Source: an uncultured Nitrososphaerales archaeon (GTDB taxonomy: Archaea > Thermoproteota > Nitrososphaeria > Conexivisphaerales > Conexivisphaeraceae). Taken from it: 24,000 nt of DNA. The translations under genes and the position numbers were made by a program. Location of the stretch: positions 39,125 to 63,124 of the forward strand of contig CAYFFS010000002.1 in assembly GCA_964342765.1 (NCBI GenBank), given 5' to 3'. Below the pieces are notes generated by a model. It was not told the DNA's origin. It worked only from the letters and a program-made list of their open reading frames with translations, and did no database searches. Position 1 is the first letter of the stretch, and every line of letters begins with the position of its first letter. Below, one piece after another: positions 17,127 to 24,000 of the stretch.

Positions 17127-17156
17127 GGGCCGCCAAGCGAGTCGAAATCGCATAAC

Positions 17157-17166
17157 GCGTATATTG
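17157..17166 (+). promoter_or_regulatory. TATA box of the ABC exporter operon
   Basis: gcgtatattg about 26 bp upstream of in-frame GTG 17187. Confidence 0.5.
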
Positions 17167-17186
17167 AGGCGCCCGCGCGCCGCCAC

Positions 17187-17906
17187 GTGCAGGCTCCCTC
17201 CGAGGAGTTCGCGATATATCTGGAGGAGGTGACCAAGGTCTACAGGGGGGCGGTCCCCACGGTTGCCCTGAACAGGGTCACGCTCGGCGTGAGGCGCGGC
17301 GAGTTCGTGTCGATCGTGGGGCCCTCCGGATCCGGCAAGTCGACGCTCCTGCACGTGATGGGGACCTTGGACAGGCCCACGAGCGGCAGGGTCTACATAG
17401 CGGGGCGCGAGGTCAGCGGCCTGGGGGACGCGGAGCTATCGAGGATAAGGAACCGCTACATAGGGTTCGTCTTCCAGGCCTTCAACCTGATAAACCGCAT
17501 GAGCGTCCTGGAGAACGTCGAGCTGCCCCTCATCGCGAGGGGGATGCGCGCCCAGGAAAGGAGGAGGCGCGCGATGGAGGCGCTGAGGCTCCTGGGGGTG
17601 GACCATCTGTGGGCCAAGAGCCCCAGGTTCCTGAGCGGGGGCGAACAGCAGAGGGTCGCCATAGCGAGGGCCCTCGCCCAGGATCCGGAGTTCATACTCG
17701 CGGACGAGCCGACGGGGAACCTTGACTCCAAGAACGCGGAGGTGGTAATGCGCGCCCTCATGGACGTCAACAGGAGGGCCGGCAAGACGGTGATAATGGT
17801 GACCCACAACATGGAGCTCGCCAACATGACCGACAAGATTTACAGGATAAGGGACGGCAGGATAGAGGGCGTCGAGATCCCGAGGAAGGGGGCGGCTGGA
17901 GAATGA
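17187..17906 (+). CDS. ABC transporter ATP-binding protein, MacB/LolD type
   Basis: IYLEEVTKVYRGAVPTVALNRVTLGVRRGEFVSIVGPSGSGKSTLLHVMGTLDRPTSGRVYIAG...RNRYIGFVFQAFNLINRMSVLENVELPL...LSGGEQQRVAIARALAQDPEFILADEPTGNLD. The track starts at 17118; GTG 17187 is preferred because 17118 lies upstream of the TATA box. Confidence 0.88.
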   Translation: MQAPSEEFAIYLEEVTKVYRGAVPTVALNRVTLGVRRGEFVSIVGPSGSGKSTLLHVMGTLDRPTSGRVYIAGREVSGLGDAELSRIRNRYIGFVFQAFNLINRMSVLENVELPLIARGMRAQERRRRAMEALRLLGVDHLWAKSPRFLSGGEQQRVAIARALAQDPEFILADEPTGNLDSKNAEVVMRALMDVNRRAGKTVIMVTHNMELANMTDKIYRIRDGRIEGVEIPRKGAAGE

Positions 17907-19549
17907 GGCTTGGGCGCAACCTAGCCCTGGCGCTCGCCGCGGCCATCGTCCTGGCCGCGGCCATCCCGGCATCCGCTCAGGTCCTCACCACGGTGCCCCC
18001 CGTCACGATCTCCTACTACGGGTGGGGCACCCCCTCCTCGCCGATGTATCCGTCGTCCGGCGCGGGCCAGGTCCCCTTCACAGTGGAGGTGGTGACGGCC
18101 CCCACCGGAAGCGGAGCCCCTACGGTCGTGGACTACGCCACGCTTAACCTGACGGGCACGCCCCTGACAAACTCCACGGGGGGTTACATCGTGACCGCGG
18201 CGCCCACGCAGATGTCGTCCAACGTCTACCTGCTGACGTTCTACATACAGATACCGCCGGGCGCTCCCCCGGGCCCTTACAACGCGACCCTGAACGTATA
18301 CTACAGCCAGGCCACGACCACGACGTCCTCGAGCGGCGCCACGACAGTGGTGAACTACTACGTGTACTCGGATAACCTGACGGTGACCGTTTACCAGAGG
18401 CCCTCGGCGTCCGTCGAGGTCCGGGCGCCGGACATCTACGCCGGGGGGATCGGGCAGCTCGTCGTCCTCGTCAACGACACGGGCCCGTTCGCGCTGGACG
18501 ACCTCACCGTGTCCGTGCAGTCCGAGCTACCATTGGTCGGAGGCAACGCCAGCTCCCTGGGTGAGCTGGCTCCCGGATCCTCCGCGGCGTTCAGGTTCTA
18601 CCTGAGCGCGCCGCAGTCGCAGCCCCCCGGCTACTACCCTGTGCAGGTGATAGTAGGCTACTGGAGCGGAGGGGCACAGTACTCCTCCACGTACTACGCG
18701 CGCGTCGACGTCATGTCCCAGGTGGGATCCCTCTACGCCTACGCAGTGCCCTCCACGATACCATATCAGAGGAACGACAGCGTTACCATATACGTGGTGA
18801 ACGGGCTGAGCGGCGCCGTGGGCGACGTGGTCGCGTCCCTGGAGCCCTCGCAGGAGTTCTTCATAGCCCAGGGCTACAGGCAATTCGACCTGGGATCCCT
18901 GCCCCCTGGGTCCTCCTCCGCCATATCCCTGAACGTGATACCCCTGGCATCCTCGCCGGGGCCTTCGAACATCGAGCTCCAGGTGTCATACGTTGACCCT
19001 GAGGGGGTGCAGCGGCAGGCCGTGCTCACGGTCCCCATCTACCTGGAGGGGCTGGCGGACGTGTCCTTCAGCCAGGTCTCTGCCTCGCCGTCCCAGTATG
19101 CGAACTCCGCCGCTCAGCCTTCAGACGTCCTGTTCAACGGATCCATGGCAACCGTGTCCGGGATCCTGCTCAACACGGGCACCGACGAGGCCTACTATGG
19201 ATACGTGTACGTTAACGGCTCGATAGTGGGGAACGCCCAGCCCGAGTACGTCGGCAACCTGCCCACGAATTCGCCCACCCCCTTCAGCGTCTCCTTCTAC
19301 GTGCCGCCCGACGTGGCGCCCGGATTCTACACGGTGCATCTCGCGTTCTCGTACCAGGACGAGCTGGGCAACGCGCACGCCGTCTCCTATCAGCTCTTGG
19401 TCCAGGTCGTGCCGGCCCCGTCGGCCCAGCGCGCGGAGTACGGGCACGGATCCGCCGCGGCCTATGCCCTCACGGCTGTGGTAGTGGCGGTCGCGGTCGC
19501 GGTTTCCGTGGTCGCGGCGCGCCGCCGCAGGAGGGAGAGCCAGGCCTGA
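17903..19549 (+). CDS. Secreted/membrane-anchored multi-domain (COG1361-like, Ig-like repeat) protein of the ABC operon
   Basis: Signal peptide MRLGRNLALALAAAIVLAAAIPASAQ; repeated beta-rich modules (LGELAPGSSAAFRFYLSAPQSQPPGYYPVQV, FDLGSLPPGSSSAISLNVIP, VGNLPTNSPTPFSVSFYVPPDVAPGFYTVHL); C-terminal TM AAAYALTAVVVAVAVAVSVVAARRRRR. Confidence 0.75.
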   Translation: MRLGRNLALALAAAIVLAAAIPASAQVLTTVPPVTISYYGWGTPSSPMYPSSGAGQVPFTVEVVTAPTGSGAPTVVDYATLNLTGTPLTNSTGGYIVTAAPTQMSSNVYLLTFYIQIPPGAPPGPYNATLNVYYSQATTTTSSSGATTVVNYYVYSDNLTVTVYQRPSASVEVRAPDIYAGGIGQLVVLVNDTGPFALDDLTVSVQSELPLVGGNASSLGELAPGSSAAFRFYLSAPQSQPPGYYPVQVIVGYWSGGAQYSSTYYARVDVMSQVGSLYAYAVPSTIPYQRNDSVTIYVVNGLSGAVGDVVASLEPSQEFFIAQGYRQFDLGSLPPGSSSAISLNVIPLASSPGPSNIELQVSYVDPEGVQRQAVLTVPIYLEGLADVSFSQVSASPSQYANSAAQPSDVLFNGSMATVSGILLNTGTDEAYYGYVYVNGSIVGNAQPEYVGNLPTNSPTPFSVSFYVPPDVAPGFYTVHLAFSYQDELGNAHAVSYQLLVQVVPAPSAQRAEYGHGSAAAYALTAVVVAVAVAVSVVAARRRRRESQA

Positions 19550-20799
19550 ACGCGCTGGAGGCCCTCGCGTTCGCACTCAAGGCGCTCAGCGACAGGAGGA
19601 TAAGGTCCGCCCTCACGATAGTCGGCATAATGATAGGGCCGGCCGCGATAATAGGGATAACCTCGCTCACGGGCGGCTACAGCGCCTCCATACAATCCCA
19701 GCTGCTCAAGCTGGGCACGAACACAATACTTGTCACGCCCTCGAACGGCTATTCGCTCACGCAGCGCGACGTCCAGGTGATATCCTCCCTGCCTGAGGTG
19801 GCCGGGGCCTATCCGTTCTACGACGTGCCCGGCTACATAAACACCCCCGCTGGGAGGGAGGAGGTGAGCGTAATAGCGATAGACCTGCAGGGGCTCGTGA
19901 GGACCCTTCCGGGGCTCCAGCTGCAATCGGGATCCCTTCCCCCGCCCACGGAGGCGGCCGAGGCTGTGCTCGGCTACTACGTCGCGAACCCCCAGAACTC
20001 CCAGATGCCCAAGTACTCGGTCGGCAGCGTCGTCACAGTCAACGTCCTCGCGCCGCAGGGAGCCAGCACCAGGAGCTTCCTGGTCTCGGGCGTCTTCCAG
20101 GAGGTCGGCCCCACGTTCATAGCCGACCTCGACCAGTCGATATTCGTGCCGTTGGCCGCCGGGAGGGAGCTCACGGGCAGCCCTTACTACTCCGGGATCC
20201 TGGTCTACGTGTCGAGCTCCAGCGCGGTCAACGCCACGGAGACCAGGATAAAGGACATCTACGGCAACGACGTGAACGTCCTCTCCACCCAGATGGGCAT
20301 AAGCATAGCCAACACGATAATAGGCTACCTCAACATGCTCCTCGTTTCGGCGGCGGGCGTCTCGCTGCTAGTCGCGTTCGTCGGCGTGACCACCACCATG
20401 TACACGAGCGTCGTGGAGAGGACCAGGGAGATCGGGGTGCTGAAGGCCCTGGGCTTCACGAACAGGGACGTGATGTACCTGTTCCTCGCGGAGTCCGCGC
20501 TCATGGGGCTGCTCGGGGGCCTCGCCGGCCTGGCTCTCGGGGTCGGGGTCGCGTACGCGCTCACGGACCTGATGCCCTACATGCTGGGGGGCGGGGATCC
20601 GCGCGGGGCCGCCCCATCGGCGCACTCCGGCTCGGCGCCGGCCGCCGGGATTTCGCTGGGGCACGTGGCGCCGGCCTTCTCCCCCTTCGCGATGGCGCTC
20701 ACCCTAGCCCTCTCAGTCGCGATAGGGCTCGTGGCCGGCCTCGTGCCAGCGTACAGGGCCGCTAGGATGGATCCCGTGACAGCCCTCAGGTACGAGTGA
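19546..20799 (+). CDS. MacB/FtsX-type ABC transporter permease, probable CTG start
   Basis: In-frame upstream of ATG 19630 reads (L)NALEALAFALKALSDRRIRSALTIVGIMIGPAAIIGITSLTGGYSASIQSQL, a family-typical N-terminus. The C-terminal ERTREIGVLKALGFTNRDVMYLFLAESALMGLLGGLAGLALG motif is canonical. The track gives 19630..20799. Confidence 0.85.
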   Translation: MNALEALAFALKALSDRRIRSALTIVGIMIGPAAIIGITSLTGGYSASIQSQLLKLGTNTILVTPSNGYSLTQRDVQVISSLPEVAGAYPFYDVPGYINTPAGREEVSVIAIDLQGLVRTLPGLQLQSGSLPPPTEAAEAVLGYYVANPQNSQMPKYSVGSVVTVNVLAPQGASTRSFLVSGVFQEVGPTFIADLDQSIFVPLAAGRELTGSPYYSGILVYVSSSSAVNATETRIKDIYGNDVNVLSTQMGISIANTIIGYLNMLLVSAAGVSLLVAFVGVTTTMYTSVVERTREIGVLKALGFTNRDVMYLFLAESALMGLLGGLAGLALGVGVAYALTDLMPYMLGGGDPRGAAPSAHSGSAPAAGISLGHVAPAFSPFAMALTLALSVAIGLVAGLVPAYRAARMDPVTALRYE

Positions 20800-20886
20800 C
20801 GCCGTTCGGCTTCAACCGGTTCATCCGTTAGCGCGTGGTCGCCGTGTAAGGGATAATTTCGAATTTCGACGCACCTTAGAAAACGG

Positions 20887-20894
20887 TTTTATAG
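20887..20894 (+). promoter_or_regulatory. TATA box of the 2-oxoacid:ferredoxin oxidoreductase operon
   Basis: ttttatag in a GC-rich setting, about 33 bp upstream of GTG 20924. Confidence 0.5.
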
Positions 20895-20923
20895 AGAGGG
20901 GGTTCGACCGGGGACCGGAGGGG

Positions 20924-21205
20924 GTGGTCGGTTCGCCGGCCAAGTCCTACGAGATAGTCGTGATAGGGGACAGGTGTAAGGAGTGTTCTCTCTGCATAAA
21001 CGTGTGCCCGAAGGACGTCCTCGCCAGGGGGCAGAGGATGAACAGGAAGGGCTACAGGGCGACCGTCCCCGTCAAGCCAGAGGCCTGCGTGGGCTGCCGC
21101 GTCTGCGAGTGGGCGTGCCCCGACTTCGCGCTCTTCGTGAGGCCCTCCGAGAGGCCCGTGGGCCGCGTCGTGTGGGCTAACGAGGAGGAGGTGATAGCGC
21201 ATTGA
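20924..21205 (+). CDS. korD: 4Fe-4S ferredoxin-like delta subunit of 2-oxoacid:ferredoxin oxidoreductase
   Basis: GDRCKECSLCINVCPKDVL... and EACVGCRVCEWACPDFAL: two CxxCxxCxxxCP clusters. First gene of the korABC-like operon. Confidence 0.85.
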   Translation: MVGSPAKSYEIVVIGDRCKECSLCINVCPKDVLARGQRMNRKGYRATVPVKPEACVGCRVCEWACPDFALFVRPSERPVGRVVWANEEEVIAH

Positions 21206-22371
21206 GCTCCCAGAGGGCCGAGTTCCTCAACTCGAACCAGGCCGTGGCCGAGGGGGCGATGGCCGCCGGCCTGGGAGTGTACGTGGGCTACCCGATAACC
21301 CCGTCGAGCGACATGTTCGAGTACCTGTCCGAGGAGCTTCCGAAGAGGGGCGGCGTGGTCTTCCAGGCCGAGGACGAGATAGCCTCGATAAACGCGCTCG
21401 TTGGGGCCTCCCTTGCGGGCGCAAAGGCGATGACCGCGACGAGCGGCCCAGGGTTCAGCCTCATGATGGAGGGGATAGGCTTCGCTGCTATGGTGGAGGC
21501 CCCCCTGGTCGTGGTGGACGTGATGAGGGCGGGGCCCAGCACCGGAATAGCCACCCAGATAGGGCAGGGCGACATATACCAGGCCAGATGGGGCTCCCAC
21601 GGCGTCTACAACCTGGTCGCGTACGCCCCCGCCAGCGCCCAGGAGGCCTACGAGTACGCGATAAGGGCGTTCAACGCCGCCTACACCGTGAGGACTCCCG
21701 TGATACTCATGACCGATGCCATACTTGCGCACACAAGGGAGAGGGTGGTCCTAAGGGATCCGAACGAGATAGGCATCGTGGGGCGCAAGGTCCCGAAGGT
21801 CCCGCCGGATCAGTACAGGCCCTATCGCCCGGATCCTGAGGACCTGGTCCCGCCGATGGCGTTCTACGGCGAGGGCTACCATCCCATAGCTGAGAGCCTC
21901 TCGCACGATGAGAAGGGCTACTACAAGACCGACGACGAGACCTACCGCGCGCTCGTCTCCCGCCTCGTCAGGAAGGTCGAGGTGAACAAGGGGAAGCTGG
22001 TCGCCTCCAAGTCCTACCACGTCGAGGACGCTGAGATATTGTTCGTCGCCATAGGATCCCTCGCCAGGAACCTGCTGGCCGTCGTGAGGGACCTGAGGTC
22101 CCGCGGCGTGAAGGCCGGGATGTTCCGCCCGATATCGCTCTGGCCGTTCGACGATGAGGCGTTCGTCGCGGCGGCCGCCCGCGCCAAGAGCATAGTGACC
22201 GTGGAGCTCAACCAGGGCCAGCTCTATCAGATAATAAAGGGGATACTGTGGGACAACAGAAAGAGAATAGGGGATCCGGCGATCTACAACCTTGATATAC
22301 CGGTGCCGACGCTCCCGACGCCGGACGAGATATTGGGCGAGATAGAGTCGAGGGGGTGGAAGCTATGGTGA
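21202..22371 (+). CDS. korA: 2-oxoacid (probably 2-oxoglutarate):ferredoxin oxidoreductase subunit alpha
   Basis: LNSNQAVAEGAMAAGLGVYVGYPITPSSDMFEYLSEELPKRGGVVFQAEDEIASINALVGASLAGAKAMTATSGPGFSLMMEGIGFAAM...RAGPSTGIATQIGQGD. TTG start overlaps the korD stop. Confidence 0.88.
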   Translation: MSSQRAEFLNSNQAVAEGAMAAGLGVYVGYPITPSSDMFEYLSEELPKRGGVVFQAEDEIASINALVGASLAGAKAMTATSGPGFSLMMEGIGFAAMVEAPLVVVDVMRAGPSTGIATQIGQGDIYQARWGSHGVYNLVAYAPASAQEAYEYAIRAFNAAYTVRTPVILMTDAILAHTRERVVLRDPNEIGIVGRKVPKVPPDQYRPYRPDPEDLVPPMAFYGEGYHPIAESLSHDEKGYYKTDDETYRALVSRLVRKVEVNKGKLVASKSYHVEDAEILFVAIGSLARNLLAVVRDLRSRGVKAGMFRPISLWPFDDEAFVAAAARAKSIVTVELNQGQLYQIIKGILWDNRKRIGDPAIYNLDIPVPTLPTPDEILGEIESRGWKLW

Positions 22372-23231
22372 TGCTTCAGGAGAGGCCCTCGCACCCGCTG
22401 GACGCCTACATGAGGACGGACAGGCTGCCCCACATATGGTGTCCCGGGTGCGGGATCGGGATAGCGCTCCAGCAGTTCCTCTGGGCCGTGAAGGAGCTCC
22501 ACGAGGAGGGGAAGCTCGACCCTAACAAGATAGTCTTCGTGACCGGCATAGGCTGCACCGGTCGCGCCTCAGGCTTCGTGAAGTTCGACTCCGCGCACAC
22601 GCCGCACGGCCGCGCCATACCGTTCGCCGTAGGGGTTAAGCTGGCAAATCCGTCCCTCATACCGGTCGTCTTCAGCGGGGACGGCGACATAGCGTCCATA
22701 GGCGGCAACCACATGATCCACGCGGCTAGGAGGAACTTCGACATGCTCGTTATAATGGTGAACAACATGACCTACGGCCTCACGGGCGGCCAGCTGGCCC
22801 CGACGACGCCGCACGGGATCTACTCCACGACGACCCCGAAGGGGAACCCGGAGGCCCCGATAGACGCCACGAAGGTCGTCTACTCGCTCTCGCCCAACTT
22901 CGTCGCCAGGATGAGCATAACCCACCCCAACCTGATACGCGAGACGGTGAAGAAGGCGCTGCTCATGAAGGGGTTCAGGTGGATAGAGGTGCTCTCCACG
23001 TGCCCGGAGATATTCGGGAGGCACATCAACATGAGGGACCCGTACGAGCTGTACTCGCGCCTGAAGCAGGTCGTGAGGTTCAAGAAGGTGTCGAACGCTG
23101 ACGAGATAAAGTACGACTGGAACAGCGAGATAACCTGCGGCGTCTTCCTGGAGAAGAACAACCCAAGCTACATGGAGAACTACCTGTCCATGTACGGGCT
23201 CAAGGAGAAGCTGGAGGTGTTGGCGCCATGA
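22365..23231 (+). CDS. korB: 2-oxoacid:ferredoxin oxidoreductase subunit beta (TPP-binding)
   Basis: LPHIWCPGCGIGIALQQFLWAVKE...FVTGIGCTGRASGFVKFDSAHTPHGRAIPFAVGVKLANPSLIPVVFSGDGDIASIGGNHMIHAARRNFDMLVIMVNNMTYGLTGGQLAPTTP. Start could be 22356, 22365 or 22371. Confidence 0.9.
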   Translation: MVMLQERPSHPLDAYMRTDRLPHIWCPGCGIGIALQQFLWAVKELHEEGKLDPNKIVFVTGIGCTGRASGFVKFDSAHTPHGRAIPFAVGVKLANPSLIPVVFSGDGDIASIGGNHMIHAARRNFDMLVIMVNNMTYGLTGGQLAPTTPHGIYSTTTPKGNPEAPIDATKVVYSLSPNFVARMSITHPNLIRETVKKALLMKGFRWIEVLSTCPEIFGRHINMRDPYELYSRLKQVVRFKKVSNADEIKYDWNSEITCGVFLEKNNPSYMENYLSMYGLKEKLEVLAP

Positions 23232-23761
23232 GCTCCAAGCACGAGATAGTGATCGCCGGAAGGGGAGGCCAGGGAATACTCCTGGCCGGCTACATACTCG
23301 GCAAGGCACTAGTCGACGAGGGGTACTACGTCGTCAACTCGGAGGAATACAGCGCGGAGACCAGGGGAGGCGACTCAAAGGCGGAGCTCATAGTGGCAAA
23401 GGACGAGGAGCCGGACCTCATGACGGTGCAGAGGGCGGACATCGCCGTGTTCATGTACACGGATCAGCTCTCGAAGTACTACAGGCTCGTTGGGAAGGGG
23501 GCCACCCTCGTCCTGGACTCCACCTTCATAAAGGAGGCGCCGAAGGACGCCGGGAAGGTCCTCATGGCCCCCTTCACGGAGGTCGCGGAGAAGCGCGTCG
23601 GCAACATAAGGACGGCTAACATGGTAATGCTTGGCTACTTCGCGTCGAAGGTAGGGCTCGTCGGGATCGACACGCTGGTCAGCGCCATGCGCTCGGTCAC
23701 GAACCCCAATTGGGTCGAGGTCAACGAGAGGGCCCTGAGGACCGGCTACGAGCTCCAGTGA
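23228..23761 (+). CDS. korC: 2-oxoacid:ferredoxin oxidoreductase subunit gamma
   Basis: EIVIAGRGGQGILLAGYILGKALVDEGYYVVNSEEYSAETRGGDSKAELIVAKDEEPDLMTVQRADIAVFM. Start overlaps the beta subunit stop (ATGA). Confidence 0.9.
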   Translation: MSSKHEIVIAGRGGQGILLAGYILGKALVDEGYYVVNSEEYSAETRGGDSKAELIVAKDEEPDLMTVQRADIAVFMYTDQLSKYYRLVGKGATLVLDSTFIKEAPKDAGKVLMAPFTEVAEKRVGNIRTANMVMLGYFASKVGLVGIDTLVSAMRSVTNPNWVEVNERALRTGYELQ

Positions 23762-23918
23762 GTCCCTGCCCGCCCTAGGTAGCAATCACGGGGCGCGTCC
23801 GGCTCGGGGCGGCCCAAGTATCCTCCTGCAACTTCCCCTCCATGCGCGGCCTGGGGAAGGGCCTTTAACGCCTCATGTCGCCAAAGCGAGATCTCAAACA
23901 ATGGGGGACAAGCGAGAC

Positions 23919-23997
23919 TGGTAGCGGGGCCAGGATTCGAACCTGGGATCTCGGGGTTATGAGCCCCGCGGGATAGACCTAGCTTCCCCACCCCGCT
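23919..23997 (-). tRNA. Initiator tRNA-Met (anticodon CAU), 3' CCA encoded, no intron
   Basis: Minus strand AGCGGGG TG GGGAAGCTAGGTCTATCCC G CGGGG CTCATAA CCCCG AGATC CCAGG TTCGAAT CCTGG CCCCGCT A CCA. A1-U72 pair and three G-C pairs in the anticodon stem are archaeal initiator hallmarks. Confidence 0.93.
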
Positions 23998-24000
23998 GGG

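Noticed and set aside
21052-21732. 226-aa minus ORF opposite korA
   Set aside because: Antisense shadow ORF of korA with no hydrophobic or family pattern.
22569-23309. 246-aa minus ORF opposite korB
   Set aside because: Antisense shadow ORF; korB motifs on the plus strand are unambiguous.
23746-23991. 81-aa minus ORF overlapping initiator tRNA-Met
   Set aside because: It reads through the tRNA gene and intergenic spacer and shows no family motif, so probably spurious.
1-24000. CRISPR arrays, transposons, integrases, toxin-antitoxin or defence islands
   Set aside because: Searched by eye on both strands: no regularly spaced repeats, inverted terminal repeats or recognisable transposase/Cas/TA proteins. 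The tRNA genes have no adjacent integrase or duplicated 3' end visible in this window.

Overview
This 24 kb window is a GC-rich archaeal chromosome segment. Basis: TATA-like boxes, an A1-U72 initiator tRNA-Met, a tRNA-Ser with a probable intron, and archaeal gene families; a lineage near deep-branching thermophilic Nitrososphaeria is only a guess. It is dense, mostly ordinary metabolic and transport DNA, with no CRISPR, transposon, integrase or phage signal.

Contents: a partial MFS transporter; a DUF1614 protein; a ThiR-like HTH+ThiN regulator; a PD-(D/E)xK nuclease-like protein; a coupled MBL hydrolase / SDR epimerase-like / FAD oxidase operon; a Dph6-like ATP pyrophosphatase; an MDR oxidoreductase; HemA; a UPF0126/TRIC-like protein; a PfkB kinase; livHMGF; an endonuclease IV-like protein; an M20 peptidase; tRNA-Ser; an ABC ATPase / secreted Ig-like protein / MacB-FtsX permease operon; a four-gene 2-oxoacid:ferredoxin oxidoreductase (korDABC-like); and initiator tRNA-Met.

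The observations most worth following up are:
- an SDR whose YxxxK dyad reads HxxxY;
- a 20-nt tRNA-Ser intron with ambiguous anticodon assignment;
- a MacB-type permease whose conserved N-terminus lies upstream of any ATG/GTG/TTG, implying a CTG start;
- strong over-representation of GGATCC, by hand count;
- a recurring TATA-to-start spacing that implies leaderless mRNAs and corrects several starts;
- two convergent gene pairs that share a CTAG double stop.

I did not find a clearly novel defence or mobile system.
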